DNA of 64,000 nt from Auanema rhodensis (GCA_964057225.1 CAXKVF010000094.1:62001-126000); one strand, 5' to 3'; positions 28,114-42,000 are shown, counted from the stretch's first letter. Numbers and translations: made by a program. The notes: generated by a model from the letters alone, not told the origin.

Positions 28114-29151
28114 CAGAAGATGATGCAGAAGGACTACTCATAGATCTGGTATTAGGTCCAGTTGGTTTAACTACCCGAGGCGGATTTTTTCTCCTTCTTG
28201 GGCTTATTGAATGATTTTTATCTGTTGGTACAGACACCTGCCTATTGTTAGACCGACTGGGTCTACCAGATTTACGAGGGGGGCTGGAGATGAGAGAAGA
28301 AATTGGTTTTAAGATTGAACTGCAAACGGCATCAACTACTGAAGGGGTTTCAGCTGGTTGAGTGTCCACAGTGACAGAGAGAGTGTTGATGGCATGCGAA
28401 GTAACATTGGTAGATTTACGGGGGACTTCAATAATTTTGAGATCCCGTACAAGAAAAGTCTTTTCAGTGTTATTTTCATTCTTGATTTTTGCTTCTTTTC
28501 GCAAGTTTTTCTCCAGTTCAATTTCGAAGGGGAGATAATCTCGTCGCAAAAACGTTTTTGAGAGGAAATCGAAGCATTTTGATTTATTGAATTTAATAAC
28601 TTGAATAATCTTGTCACGTAAATCTACCGATGGACACGTAATTATGAGAGGGCCAGGGGAATTAGATTTGAGAGTTGAACGTGCAATAGTAATTTGATTG
28701 CTATCGATCAAAGAAGACAAAGTGGTGTCCTGAGATTTCTCGATAATAAGATAATAAGTTTTAGTAACAACAGAGGTTCAGTTGGAAATTCTGTTGACTT
28801 TAATGGCACTCGAAACCAAAGGGCTCTTTTGGCACGGTAGAGGTACTTTGTCTCCTCTGATCGTAATTTTTGAAAATGACATGCTACATTGAGTGGGGAA
28901 AAAGTTGGAACACAGGTAGAATTAGTGTTGCTAGTGGTTTGAAATGAGTTAAAAGTTTGCTCTAACTTATCTAAGCGGGATTTGAAATCCGTTTCGATAG
29001 TTTTTAAGCGAGCCTCGTGCGACGTGATACTAATTTTCATACAGTTAAGCTCATTTTTTATATCATTTGACAATTTTGAAAAAGAGTTCTCGAGAGACTT
29101 TGAGAAATTTTGAAGAGCATTTGTAAGAAAATCATTAGTCACGAAAGACAT
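28082..29151 (-). pseudogene. ORF1 (coiled-coil + RRM/CTD-like + basic Ser/Arg-rich tail), frameshifted by an 8-bp duplication
   Basis: Track ORFs 28708-29205 and 28082-28720 join into one 353-aa frame from ATG 29151 if one copy of ataataag (28743-28750/28751-28758) is removed (...LKLIIEKSQDTTLSSLIDS...). The C-terminal half is homologous to element 2 (YLPFEI-LE-NLR-EAK, VRDL, SSPP-KSGR, SPRRRKNPPR, SFR*). Confidence 0.85.
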
Positions 29152-29366
29152 ATTGAAAAACGAGGGAGTAAAAGAAGGGAAGTAAGAAAGAATAAGAATA
29201 AACACTGAAGTGGAAAATAAAAAAGAAACAAATACGAGAGAAAGGAAATAATGATAAAACTAAAATGCGATACGAAAGAGAGCGCACCTTGACAAAGCCA
29301 GTCCGACGAAAATTTCCTTGACAGAAACGGATCCGGATCCAAACAGCGGAAGTCAACTGACGAGTG
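29152..29366 (-). other. 5' UTR of element 1 (presumed internal promoter region)
   Basis: Lies between the ORF1 ATG and the array, T/C-rich on the sense strand, and begins CACTCGTCAGTTGACTTCC. Promoter function is inferred from LINE biology only. Confidence 0.6.
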
Positions 29367-29971
29367 GGAGGTCAACTGACGAGTGTGGAGGTCAACTGAC
29401 GAGTGAGGAGGTCAACTGACGAGTGGGAGGTCAACTGACGAGTGTGGAGGTCAACTGACGAGTGGGAGGTCAACTGACGAGTGGGGAGGTCAACTGACGA
29501 GTGGGAGGTCAACTGACGAGTGAGGAGGTCAACTGACGAGTGGGAGGTCAACTGACGAGTGAGGAGGTCAACTGACGAGTGAGAGGTCAACTGACGAGTG
29601 GGGAGGTCAACTGACGAGTGGGGAGGTCAACTGACGAGTGGGAGGTCAACTGACGAGTGGGAGGTCAACTGACGAGTGAGGAGGTCAACTGACGAGTGGG
29701 AGGTCAACTGACGAGTGGGAGGTCAACTGACGAGTGTGGAGGTCAACTGACGAGTGGGAGGTCAACTGACGAGTGGGAGGTCAACTGACGAGTGGGAGGT
29801 CAACTGACGAGTGGGAGGTCAACTGACGACTGGGAGGTCAACTGACGAGTGAGGACGTCAACTGACGAGTGAGGAGGTCAACTGACGAGTGAGGAGGTCA
29901 ACTGACGAGTGAGGAGGTCAACTGACGAGTGAGGAGGTCAACTGACGAGTGAGGAGGTCAACTGACGAGTG
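29348..29971. repeat. 19/20-bp tandem array (GGAGGTCAACTGACGAGTG plus 0-1 extra nt), 32 units including the element-proximal one
   Basis: Counted directly: proximal unit ggaAgtcaactgacgagtg at 29348-29366, followed by 31 copies ending at 29971. Confidence 0.97.
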
Positions 29972-30000
29972 TTCACGTAAATTTCAAAATTTTAAATTTC
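29972..30000. other. Junction filler built from pieces of the adjacent satellite target
   Basis: (g)ttcacgtaaatttcaaa + attt + taaatttc precedes the resumed satellite aaattaaagttcacgtaaatttcaaagtc. Confidence 0.85.
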
Positions 30001-33000
30001 AAATTAAAGTTCACGTAAATTTCAAAGTCATGGTTACCATGAAGCAATATCAATAAAAATTTGTTTTTAGACTAATATGGACATGGGGAATCTAATTTTG
30101 AAAACCGCATCTCTTTATCTTTTACGTGAAGCGAGTTACATACCAAGTGCACATCACGTGTACATTTAATTAGCATAAATTAAAGTTCACGTAAATTTCA
30201 AAGTCATGGTTACCATGAACCAATATCAATAAAAATTTGTTTTTAGACTAATATGGACATGGGGAATCTAATTTTGAAAACCGCATCTCTTTATCTTTCA
30301 CGTGAAGCGAGTTACATACCAAGTGCACATCACGTGTACATTTAATTAGCATAAATTAAAGTTCACGTAAATTTCAAAGTCATGGTTACCATGAAGCAAT
30401 ATCAATAAAAATTTGTTTTTAGACTAATATGGACATGTGGAATCTAATTTTGAAAACCGCATCTCTTTATCTTTCACGTGAAGCGAGTTACATACCAAGT
30501 GCACATCACGTGTACATTTAATTAGCATAAATTAAAGTTCACGTAAAATTCAAAGTCATGGTTACCATGAACCAATATCAATAAAAATTTGTTTTTAGAC
30601 TAATATGGACATGGGGAATCTAATTTTGAAAACCGCATCTCTTTATCTTTCACGTGAAGCGAGTTACATACCAAGTGCACATCACGTGTACATTTAATTA
30701 GCATAAATTAAAGTTCACGTAAATTTCAAAGTCATGGTTACCATGAACCAATATCAACAAAAATTTGTTTTTAGACTAATATGGACATGGGGAATCTAAT
30801 TTTGGAAACCGCATCTCTTTATCTTTCACGTGAAGCGAGTTACATACCAAGTGCACATCACGTGTACATTTAATTAGCATAAATTAAAGTTCACGTAAAT
30901 TTCAAAGTCATGGTTACCATGCACCAATATCAATAAAAATTTGTTTTTAGACTAATATGGACATGGGGAATCTAATTTTGAAAACCGCATCTCTTTATCT
31001 TTTACGTGAAGCGAGTTACATACCAAGTGCACATCACGTGTACATTTAATTAGCATAAATTAAAGTTCACGTAAATTTCAAAGTCATGGTTACCATGAAG
31101 CAATATCAATAAAAATTTGTTTTTAGACTAATATGGACATGGGGAATCTAATTTTGAAAACCGCATCTCTTTATCTTTCACGTGAAGCGAGTTACATACC
31201 AAGTGCACATCACGTGTACATTTAATTAGCATAAATTAAAGTTCACGTAAATTTCAAAGTCATGGTTACCATGAACCAATATCAATAAAAATTTGTTTTT
31301 AGACTAATATGGACATGGGGAATCTAATTTTGAAAACCGCATCTCTTTATCTTTCACGTGAAGCGAGTTACATACCAAGTGCACATCACGTGTACATTTA
31401 ATTAGCATAAATTAAAGTTCACGTAAATTTCAAAGTCATGGTTACCATGCACCAATATCAATAAAAATTTGTTTTTAGACTAATATGGACATGGGGAATC
31501 TAATTTTGAAAACCGCATCTCTTTATCTTTCACGTGAAGCGAGTTACATACCAAGTGCACATCACGTGTACATTTAATTAGCATAAATTAAAGTTCACGT
31601 AAATTTCAAAGTCATGGTTACCATGCACCAATATCAATAAAAATTTGTTTTTAGACTAATATGGACATGGGGAATCTAATTTTGAAAACCGCATCTCTTT
31701 ATCTTTCACGTGAAGCGAGTTACATACCAAGTGCACATCACGTGTACATTTAATTAGCATAAATTAAAGTTCACGTAAATTTCAAAGTCATGGTTACCAT
31801 GCACCAATATCAATAAAAATTTGTTTTTAGACTAATATGGACATGGGGAATCTAATTTTGAAAACCGCATCTCTTTATCTTTCACGTGAAGCGAGTTACA
31901 TACCAAGTGCACATCACGTGTACATTTAATTAGCATAAATTAAAGTTCACGTAAATTTCAAAGTCATGGTTACCATGAAGCAATATCAATAAAAATTTGT
32001 TTTTAGACTAATATGGACATGGGGAATCTAATTTTGAAAACCGCATCTCTTTATCTTTCACGTGAAGCGAGTTACATACCAAGTGCACATCACGTGTACA
32101 TTTAATTAGCATAAATTAAAGTTCACGTAAATTTCAAAGTCATGGTTACCATGCACCAATATCAATAAAAATTTGTTTTTAGACTAATATGGACATGGGG
32201 AATCTAATTTTGAAAACCGCATCTCTTTATCTTTCACGTGAAGCGAGTTACATACCAAGTGCACATCACGTGTACATTTAATTAGCATAAATTAAAGTTC
32301 ACGTAAATTTCAAAGTCATGGTTACCATGCACCAATATCAATAAAAATTTGTTTTTAGACTAATATGGACATGGGGAATCTAATTTTGAAAACCGCATCT
32401 CTTTATCTTTCACGTGAAGCGAGTTACATACCAAGTGCACATCACGTGTACATTTAATTAGCATAAATTAAAGTTCACGTAAATTTCAAAGTCATGGTTA
32501 CCATGAAGCAATATCAATAAAAATTTGTTTTTAGACTAATATGGAAATGGGGAATCTAATTTTGAAAACCGCATCTCTTTATCTTTCACGTGAAGCGAGT
32601 TACATACCAAGTGCACATCACGTGTACATTTAATTAGCATAAATTAAAGTTCACGTAAATTTCAAAGTCATGGTTACCATGAACCAATATCAATAAAAAT
32701 TTGTTTTTAGACTAATATGGACATGGGGAATCTAATTTTGAAAACCGCATCTCTTTATCTTTCACGTGAAGCGAGTTACATACCAAGTGCACATCACGTG
32801 TACATTTAATTAGCATAAATTAAAGTTCACGTAAATTTCAAAGTCATGGTTACCATGAAGCAATATCAATAAAAATTTGTTTTTAGACTAATATGGACAT
32901 GTGGAATCTAATTTTGAAAACCGCATCTCTTTATCTTTCACGTGAAGCGAGTTACATACCAAGTGCACATCACGTGTACATTTAATTAGCATAAATTAAA

Positions 33001-36000
33001 GTTCACGTAAAATTCAAAGTCATGGTTACCATGAACCAATATCAATAAAAATTTGTTTTTAGACTAATATGGACATGGGGAATCTAATTTTGAAAACCGC
33101 ATCTCTTTATCTTTCACGTGAAGCGAGTTACATACCAAGTGCACATCACGTGTACATTTAATTAGCATAAATTAAAGTTCACGTAAATTTCAAAGTCATG
33201 GTTACCATGAACCAATATCAATAAAAATTTGTTTTTAGACTAATATGGACATGGGGAATCTAATTTTGAAAACCGCATCTCTTTATCTTTTACGTGAAGC
33301 GAGTTACATACCAAGTGCACATCACGTGTACATTTAATTAGCATAAATTAAAGTTCACGTAAATTTCAAAGTCATGGTTACCATGCACCAATATCAATAA
33401 AAATTTGTTTTTAGACTAATATGGACATGGGGAATCTAATTTTGAAAACCGCATCTCTTTATCTTTCACGTGAAGCGAGTTACATACCAAGTGCACATCA
33501 CGTGTACATTTAATTAGCATAAATTAAAGTTCACGTAAATTTCAAAGTCATGGTTACCATGCACCAATATCAATAAAAATTTGTTTTTAGACTAATATGG
33601 ACATGGGGAATCTAATTTTGAAAACCGCATCTCTTTATCTTTCACGTGAAGCGAGTTACATACCAAGTGCACATCACGTGTACATTTAATTAGCATAAAT
33701 TAAAGTTCACGTAAATTTCAAAGTCATGGTTACCATGAAGCAATATCAATAAAAATTTGTTTTTAGACTAATATGGAAATGGGGAATCTAATTTTGAAAA
33801 CCGCATCTCTTTATCTTTCACGTGAAGCGAGTTACATACCAAGTGCACATCACGTGTACATTTAATTAGCATAAATTAAAGTTCACGTAAATTTCAAAGT
33901 CATGGTTACCATGAACCAATATCAATAAAAATTTGTTTTTAGACTAATATGGACATGGGGAATCTAATTTTGAAAACCGCATCTCTTTATCTTTCACGTG
34001 AAGCGAGTTACATACCAAGTGCACATCACGTGTACATTTAATTAGCATAAATTAAAGTTCACGTAAAATTCAAAGTCATGGTTACCATGCACCAATATCA
34101 ATAAAAATTTGTTTTTAGACTAATATGGACATGGGGAATCTAATTTTGAAAACCGCATCTCTTTATCTTTTACGTGAAGCGAGTTACATACCAAGTGCAC
34201 ATCACGTGTACATTTAATTAGCATAAATTAAAGTTCACGTAAATTTCAAAGTCATGGTTACCATGCACCAATATCAATAAAAATTTGTTTTTAGACTAAT
34301 ATGGACATGGGGAATCTAATTTTGAAAACCGCATCTCTTTATCTTTCACGTGAAGCGAGTTACATACCAAGTGCACATCACGTGTACATTTAATTAGCAT
34401 AAATTAAAGTTCACGTAAATTTCAAAGTCATGGTTACCATGAACCAATATCAATAAAAATTTGTTTTTAGACTAATATGGACATGGGGAATCTAATTTTG
34501 AAAACCGCATCTCTTTATCTTTCACGTGAAGCGAGTTACATACCAAGTGCACATCACGTGTACATTTAATTAGCATAAATTAAAGTTCACGTAAATTTCA
34601 AAGTCATGGTTACCATGAACCAATATCAATAAAAATTTGTTTTTAGACTAATATGGACATGGGGAATCTAATTTTGAAAACCGCATCTCTTTATCTTTCA
34701 CGTGAAGCGAGTTACATACCAAGTGCACATCACGTGTACATTTAATTAGCATAAATTAAAGTTCACGTAAATTTCAAAGTCATGGTTACCATGCACCAAT
34801 ATCAATAAAAATTTGTTTTTAGACTAATATGGACATGGGGAATCTAATTTTGAAAACCGCATCTCTTTATCTTTCACGTGAAGCGAGTTACATACCAAGT
34901 GCACATCACGTGTACATTTAATTAGCATAAATTAAAGTTCACGTAAATTTCAAAGTCATGGTTACCATGCACCAATATCAATAAAAATTTGTTTTTAGAC
35001 TAATATGGACATGGGGAATCTAATTTTGAAAACCGCATCTCTTTATCTTTCACGTGAAGCGAGTTACATACCAAGTGCACATCACGTGTACATTTAATTA
35101 GCATAAATTAAAGTTCACGTAAATTTCAAAGTCATGGTTACCATGCACCAATATCAATAAAAATTTGTTTTTAGACTAATATGGACATGGGGAATCTAAT
35201 TTTGAAAACCGCATCTCTTTATCTTTCACGTGAAGCGAGTTACATACCAAGTGCACATCACGTGTACATTTAATTAGCATAAATTAAAGTTCACGTAAAT
35301 TTCAAAGTCATGGTTACCATGCACCAATATCAATAAAAATTTGTTTTTAGACTAATATGGACATGGGGAATCTAATTTTGAAAACCGCATCTCTTTATCT
35401 TTTACGTGAAGCGAGTTACATACCAAGTGCACATCACGTGTACATTTAATTAGCATAAATTAAAGTTCACGTAAATTTCAAAGTCATGGTTACCATGAAG
35501 CAATATCAATAAAAATTTGTTTTTAGACTAATATGGACATGGGGAATCTAATTTTGAAAACCGCATCTCTTTATCTTTCACGTGAAGCGAGTTACATACC
35601 AAGTGCACATCACGTGTACATTTAATTAGCATAAATTAAAGTTCACGTAAATTTCAAAGTCATGGTTACCATGCACCAATATCAATAAAAATTTGTTTTT
35701 AGACTAATATGGACATGGGGAATCTAATTTTGAAAACCGCATCTCTTTATCTTTCACGTGAAGCGAGTTACATACCAAGTGCACATCACGTGTACATTTA
35801 ATTAGCATAAATTAAAGTTCACGTAAATTTCAAAGTCATGGTTACCATGCACCAATATCAATAAAAATTTGTTTTTAGACTAATATGGACATGGGGAATC
35901 TAATTTTGAAAACCGCATCTCTTTATCTTTCACGTGAAGCGAGTTACATACCAAGTGCACATCACGTGTACATTTAATTAGCATAAATTAAAGTTCACGT

Positions 36001-39000
36001 AAATTTCAAAGTCATGGTTACCATGAACCAATATCAATAAAAATTTGTTTTTAGACTAATATGGACATGGGGAATCTAATTTTGAAAACCGCATCTCTTT
36101 ATCTTTCACGTGAAGCGAGTTACATACCAAGTGCACATCACGTGTACATTTAATTAGCATAAATTAAAGTTCACGTAAATTTCAAAGTCATGGTTACCAT
36201 GCACCAATATCAATAAAAATTTGTTTTTAGACTAATATGGACATGGGGAATCTAATTTTGAAAACCGCATCTCTTTATCTTTCACGTGAAGCGAGTTACA
36301 TACCAAGTGCACATCACGTGTACATTTAATTAGCATAAATTAAAGTTCACGTAAATTTCAAAGTCATGGTTACCATGCACCAATATCAATAAAAATTTGT
36401 TTTTAGACTAATATGGACATGGGGAATCTAATTTTGAAAACCGCATCTCTTTATCTTTCACGTGAAGCGAGTTACATACCAAGTGCACATCACGTGTACA
36501 TTTAATTAGCATAAATTAAAGTTCACGTAAATTTCAAAGTCATGGTTACCATGCACCAATATCAATAAAAATTTGTTTTTAGACTAATATGGACATGGGG
36601 AATCTAATTTTGAAAACCGCATCTCTTTATCTTTCACGTGAAGCGAGTTACATACCAAGTGCACATCACGTGTACATTTAATTAGCATAAATTAAAGTTC
36701 ACGTAAATTTCAAAGTCATGGTTACCATGAAGCAATATCAATAAAAATTTGTTTTTAGACTAATATGGACATGGGGAATCTAATTTTGAAAACCGCATCT
36801 CTTTATCTTTCACGTGAAGCGAGTTACATACCAAGTGCACATCACGTGTACATTTAATTAGCATAAATTAAAGTTCACGTAAATTTCAAAGTCATGGTTA
36901 CCATGAACCAATATCAATAAAAATTTGTTTTTAGACTAATATGGACATGGGGAATCTAATTTTGAAAACCGCATCTCTTTATCTTTCACGTGAAGCGAGT
37001 TACATACCAAGTGCACATCACGTGTACATTTAATTAGCATAAATTAAAGTTCACGTAAATTTCAAAGTCATGGTTACCATGAAGCAATATCAATAAAAAT
37101 TTGTTTTTAGACTAATATGAACATGGGGAATCTAATTTTGAAAACCGCATCTCTTTATCTTTCACGTGAAGCGAGTTACATACCAAGTGCACATCACGTG
37201 TACATTTAATTAGCATAAATTAAAGTTCACGTAAATTTCAAAGTCATGGTTACCATGAACCAATATCAATAAAAATTTGTTTTTAGACTAATATGGACAT
37301 GGGGAATCTAATTTTGAAAACCGCATCTCTTTATCTTTCACGTGAAGCGAGTTACATACCAAGTGCACATCACGTGTACATTTAATTAGCATAAATTAAA
37401 GTTCACGTAAATTTCAAAGTCATGGTTACCATGAACCAATATCAATAAAAATTTGTTTTTAGACTAATATGGACATGGGGAATCTAATTTTGAAAACCGC
37501 ATCTCTTTATCTTTCACGTGAAGCGAGTTACATACCAAGTGCACATCACGTGTACATTTAATTAGCATAAATTAAAGTTCACGTAAATTTCAAAGTCATG
37601 GTTACCATGCACCAATATCAATAAAAATTTGTTTTTAGACTAATATGGACATGGGGAATCTAATTTTGAAAACCGCATCTCTTTATCTTTCACGTGAAGC
37701 GAGTTACATACCAAGTGCACATCACGTGTACATTTAATTAGCATAAATTAAAGTTCACGTAAATTTCAAAGTCATGGTTACCATGCACCAATATCAATAA
37801 AAATTTGTTTTTAGACTAATATGGACATGGGGAATCTAATTTTGAAAACCGCATCTCTTTATCTTTCACGTGAAGCGAGTTACATACCAAGTGCACATCA
37901 CGTGTACATTTAATTAGCATAAATTAAAGTTCACGTAAATTTCAAAGTCATGGTTACCATGAAGCAATATCAATAAAAATTTGTTTTTAGACTAATATGG
38001 ACATGGGGAATCTAATTTTGAAAACCGCATCTCTTTATCTTTCACGTGAAGCGAGTTACATACCAAGTGCACATCACGTGTACATTTAATTAGCATAAAT
38101 TAAAGTTCACGTAAATTTCAAAGTCATGGTTACCATGAACCAATATCAATAAAAATTTGTTTTTAGACTAATATGGACATGGGGAATCTAATTTTGAAAA
38201 CCGCATCTCTTTATCTTTCACGTGAAGCGAGTTACATACCAAGTGCACATCACGTGTACATTTAATTAGCATAAATTAAAGTTCACGTAAATTTCAAAGT
38301 CATGGTTACCATGAAGCAATATCAATAAAAATTTGTTTTTAGACTAATATGAACATGGGGAATCTAATTTTGAAAACCGCATCTCTTTATCTTTCACGTG
38401 AAGCGAGTTACATACCAAGTGCACATCACGTGTACATTTAATTAGCATAAATTAAAGTTCACGTAAATTTCAAAGTCATGGTTACCATGAACCAATATCA
38501 ATAAAAATTTGTTTTTAGACTAATATGGACATGGGGAATCTAATTTTGAAAACCGCATCTCTTTATCTTTCACGTGAAGCGAGTTACATACCAAGTGCAC
38601 ATCACGTGTACATTTAATTAGCATAAATTAAAGTTCACGTAAATTTCAAAGTCATGGTTACCATGCACCAATATCAATAAAAATTTGTTTTTAGACTAAT
38701 ATGGACATGGGGAATCTAATTTTGAAAACCGCATCTCTTTATCTTTCACGTGAAGCGAGTTACATACCAAGTGCACATCACGTGTACATTTAATTAGCAT
38801 AAATTAAAGTTCACGTAAATTTCAAAGTCATGGTTACCATGAACCAATATCAATAAAAATTTGTTTTTAGACTAATATGGACATGGGGAATCTAATTTTG
38901 AAAACCGCATCTCTTTATCTTTCACGTGAAGCGAGTTACATACCAAGTGCACATCACGTGTACATTTAATTAGCATAAATTAAAGTTCACGTAAATTTCA

Positions 39001-42000
39001 AAGTCATGGTTACCATGCACCAATATCAATAACAATTTGTTTTTAGACTAATATGGACATGGGGAATCTAATTTTGAAAACCGCATCTCTTTATCTTTCA
39101 CGTGAAGCGAGTTACATACCAAGTGCACATCACGTGTACATTTAATTAGCATAAATTAAAGTTCACGTAAATTTCAAAGTCATGGTTACCATGCACCAAT
39201 ATCAATAAAAATTTGTTTTTAGACTAATATGGACATGGGGAATCTAATTTTGAAAACCGCATCTCTTTATCTTTCACGTGAAGCGAGTTACATACCAAGT
39301 GCACATCACGTGTACATTTAATTAGCATAAATTAAAGTTCACGTAAATTTCAAAGTCATGGTTACCATGAAGCAATATCAATAAAAATTTGTTTTTAGAC
39401 TAATATGGACATGGGGAATCTAATTTTGAAAACCGCATCTCTTTATCTTTTACGTGAAGCGAGTTACATACCAAGTGCACATCACGTGTACATTTAATTA
39501 GCATAAATTAAAGTTCACGTAAATTTCAAAGTCATGGTTACCATGCACCAATATCAATAAAAATTTGTTTTTAGACTAATATGGACATGGGGAATCTAAT
39601 TTTGAAAACCGCATCTCTTTATCTTTCACGTGAAGCGAGTTACATACCAAGTGCACATCACGTGTACATTTAATTAGCATAAATTAAAGTTCACGTAAAT
39701 TTCAAAGTCATGGTTACCATGAACCAATATCAATAAAAATTTGTTTTTAGACTAATATGGACATGGGGAATCTAATTTTGAAAACCGCATCTCTTTATCT
39801 TTCACGTGAAGCGAGTTACATACCAAGTGCACATCACGTGTACATTTAATTAGCATAAATTAAAGTTCACGTAAATTTCAAAGTCATGGTTACCATGAAG
39901 CAATATCAATAAAAATTTGTTTTTAGACTAATATGGACATGGGGAATCTAATTTTGAAAACCGCATCTCTTTATCTTTCACGTGAAGCGAGTTACATACC
40001 AAGTGCACATCACGTGTACATTTAATTAGCATAAATTAAAGTTCACGTAAATTTCAAAGTCATGGTTACCATGCACCAATATCAATAAAAATTTGTTTTT
40101 AGACTAATATGGACATGGGGAATCTAATTTTGAAAACCGCATCTCTTTATCTTTTACGTGAAGCGAGTTACATACCAAGTGCACATCACGTGTACATTTA
40201 ATTAGCATAAATTAAAGTTCACGTAAAATTCAAAGTCATGGTTACCATGCACCAATATCAATAAAAATTTGTTTTTAGACTAATATGGACATGGGGAATC
40301 TAATTTTGAAAACCGCATCTCTTTATCTTTTACGTGAAGCGAGTTACATACCGAGTGCACATCACGTGTACATTTAATTAGCATAAATTAAAGTTCACGT
40401 AAATTTCAAAGTCATGGTTACCATGCACCAATATCAATAAAAATTTGTTTTTAGACTAATATGGACATGGGGAATCTAATTTTGAAAACCGCATCTCTTT
40501 ATCTTTCACGTGAAGCGAGTTACATACCAAGTGCACATCACGTGTACATTTAATTAGCATAAATTAAAGTTCACGTAAATTTCAAAGTCATGGTTACCAT
40601 GCACCAATATCAATAAAAATTTGTTTTTAGACTAATATGGACATGGGGAATCTAATTTTGAAAACCGCATCTCTTTATCTTTCACGTGAAGCGAGTTACA
40701 TACCAACATCACGTGTACATTTAATTAGCATAAATTAAAGTTCACGTAAATTTCAAAGTCGTGGTTACCATGCACCAATATCAATAAAAATTCGTTTTTA
40801 GACTAATATGGACATGGGGAATCTAATTTTGAAAACCGCATCTCTTTATCTTTCACGTGAAGCGAGTTACATACCAAGTGCACATCACGTGTACATTTAA
40901 TTAGCATAAATTAAAGTTCACGTAAATTTCAAAGTCATGGTTACCATGCACCAATATCAATAAAAATTTGTTTTTAGACTAATATGGACATGGGGAATCT
41001 AATTTTGAAAACCGCATCTCTTTATCTTTCACGTGAAGCGAGTTACATACCAAGTGCACATCACGTGTACATTTAATTAGCATAAATTAAAGTTCACGTA
41101 AAATTCAAAGTCATGGTTACCATGAACCAATATCAATAAAAATTTGTTTTTAGACTAATATGGACATGGGGAATCTAATTTTAAAAACCGCATCTCTTTA
41201 TCTTTCACGTGAAGCGAGTTACATACCAAGTGCACATCACGTGTACATTTAATTAGCATAAATTAAAGTTCACGTAAATTTCAAAGTCATGGTTACCATG
41301 CACCAATATCAATAAAAATTTGTTTTTAGACTAATATGGACATGGGGAATCTAATTTTGAAAACCGCATCTCTTTATCTTTCACGTGAAGCGAGTTACAT
41401 ACCAAGTGCACATCACGTGTACATTTAATTAGCATAAATTAAAGTTCACGTAAATTTCAAAGTCATGGTTACCATGCACCAATATCAATAAAAATTTGTT
41501 TTTAGACTAATATGGACATGGGGAATCTAATTTTGAAAACCGCATCTCTTTATCTTTCACGTGAAGCGAGTTACATACCAAGTGCACATCACGTGTACAT
41601 TTAATTAGCATAAATTAAAGTTCACGTAAATTTCAAAGTCATGGTTACCATGAAGCAATATCAATAAAAATTTGTTTTTAGATTAATATGGACATGGGGA
41701 ATCTAATTTTGAAAACCGCATCTCTTTATCTTTCTCGTGAAGCGAGTTACATACCAAGTGCACATCACGTGTACATTTAATTAGCATAAATTAAAGTTCA
41801 CGTAAATTTCAAAGTCATGGTTACCATGAACCAATATCAATAAAAATTTGTTTTTAGACTAATATGGACATGGGGAATCTAATTTTGAAAACCGCATCTC
41901 TTTATCTTTCACGTGAAGCGAGTTACATACCAAGTGCACATCACGTGTACATTTAATTAGCATAAATTAAAGTTCACGTAAATTTCAAAGTCATGGTTAC

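Larger units (their letters stand above)
24708..29971 (-). mobile_element. Full-length non-LTR retrotransposon (CR1/L2-group-like LINE), element 1, including its 5' tandem array
   Basis: Minus-strand layout: 5' array, pyrimidine-rich 5' UTR, ORF1, APE-RT ORF2, ~540-nt 3' UTR ending AATAAACCTTGAC. Probable 6-bp target-site duplication aaatta (24702-24707 and 30001-30006). The clade call rests on domain order and the IRPILEYASIIWSP motif; no phylogeny was run. Confidence 0.95.

Noticed and set aside
26665-28617. Short alternative-frame or antisense ORFs inside ORF1/ORF2 of element 1
   Set aside because: Shadow ORFs of the real coding frames, with no recognisable motifs.
28708-28760. Programmed frameshift within ORF1 or a three-ORF element
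   Set aside because: Fully explained by an 8-bp tandem duplication.
29329-29340. 12-bp palindrome GGATCCGGATCC in the 5' UTR
   Set aside because: Single occurrence, and no second full-length element is available for comparison, so no function can be supported.
29352-29362. TCAGTT initiator-like motif in each 5' unit, implying a promoter-monomer array
   Set aside because: A 6-mer match only, and it cannot account for the coding-derived array of element 2. Kept only as an alternative explanation for element 1.
29135-29590. ORFs of 72-78 aa (MTSHSSVDLLTRQL... and neighbours)
   Set aside because: By-products of the tandem array and the T-rich 5' UTR, with non-ATG starts and no recognisable protein features.
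29348-29971. CRISPR array or telomeric repeat
   Set aside because: Units are contiguous with no spacers, there are no cas genes, the context is eukaryotic, and the unit is not a canonical telomere motif. It matches the element's own 5' end.
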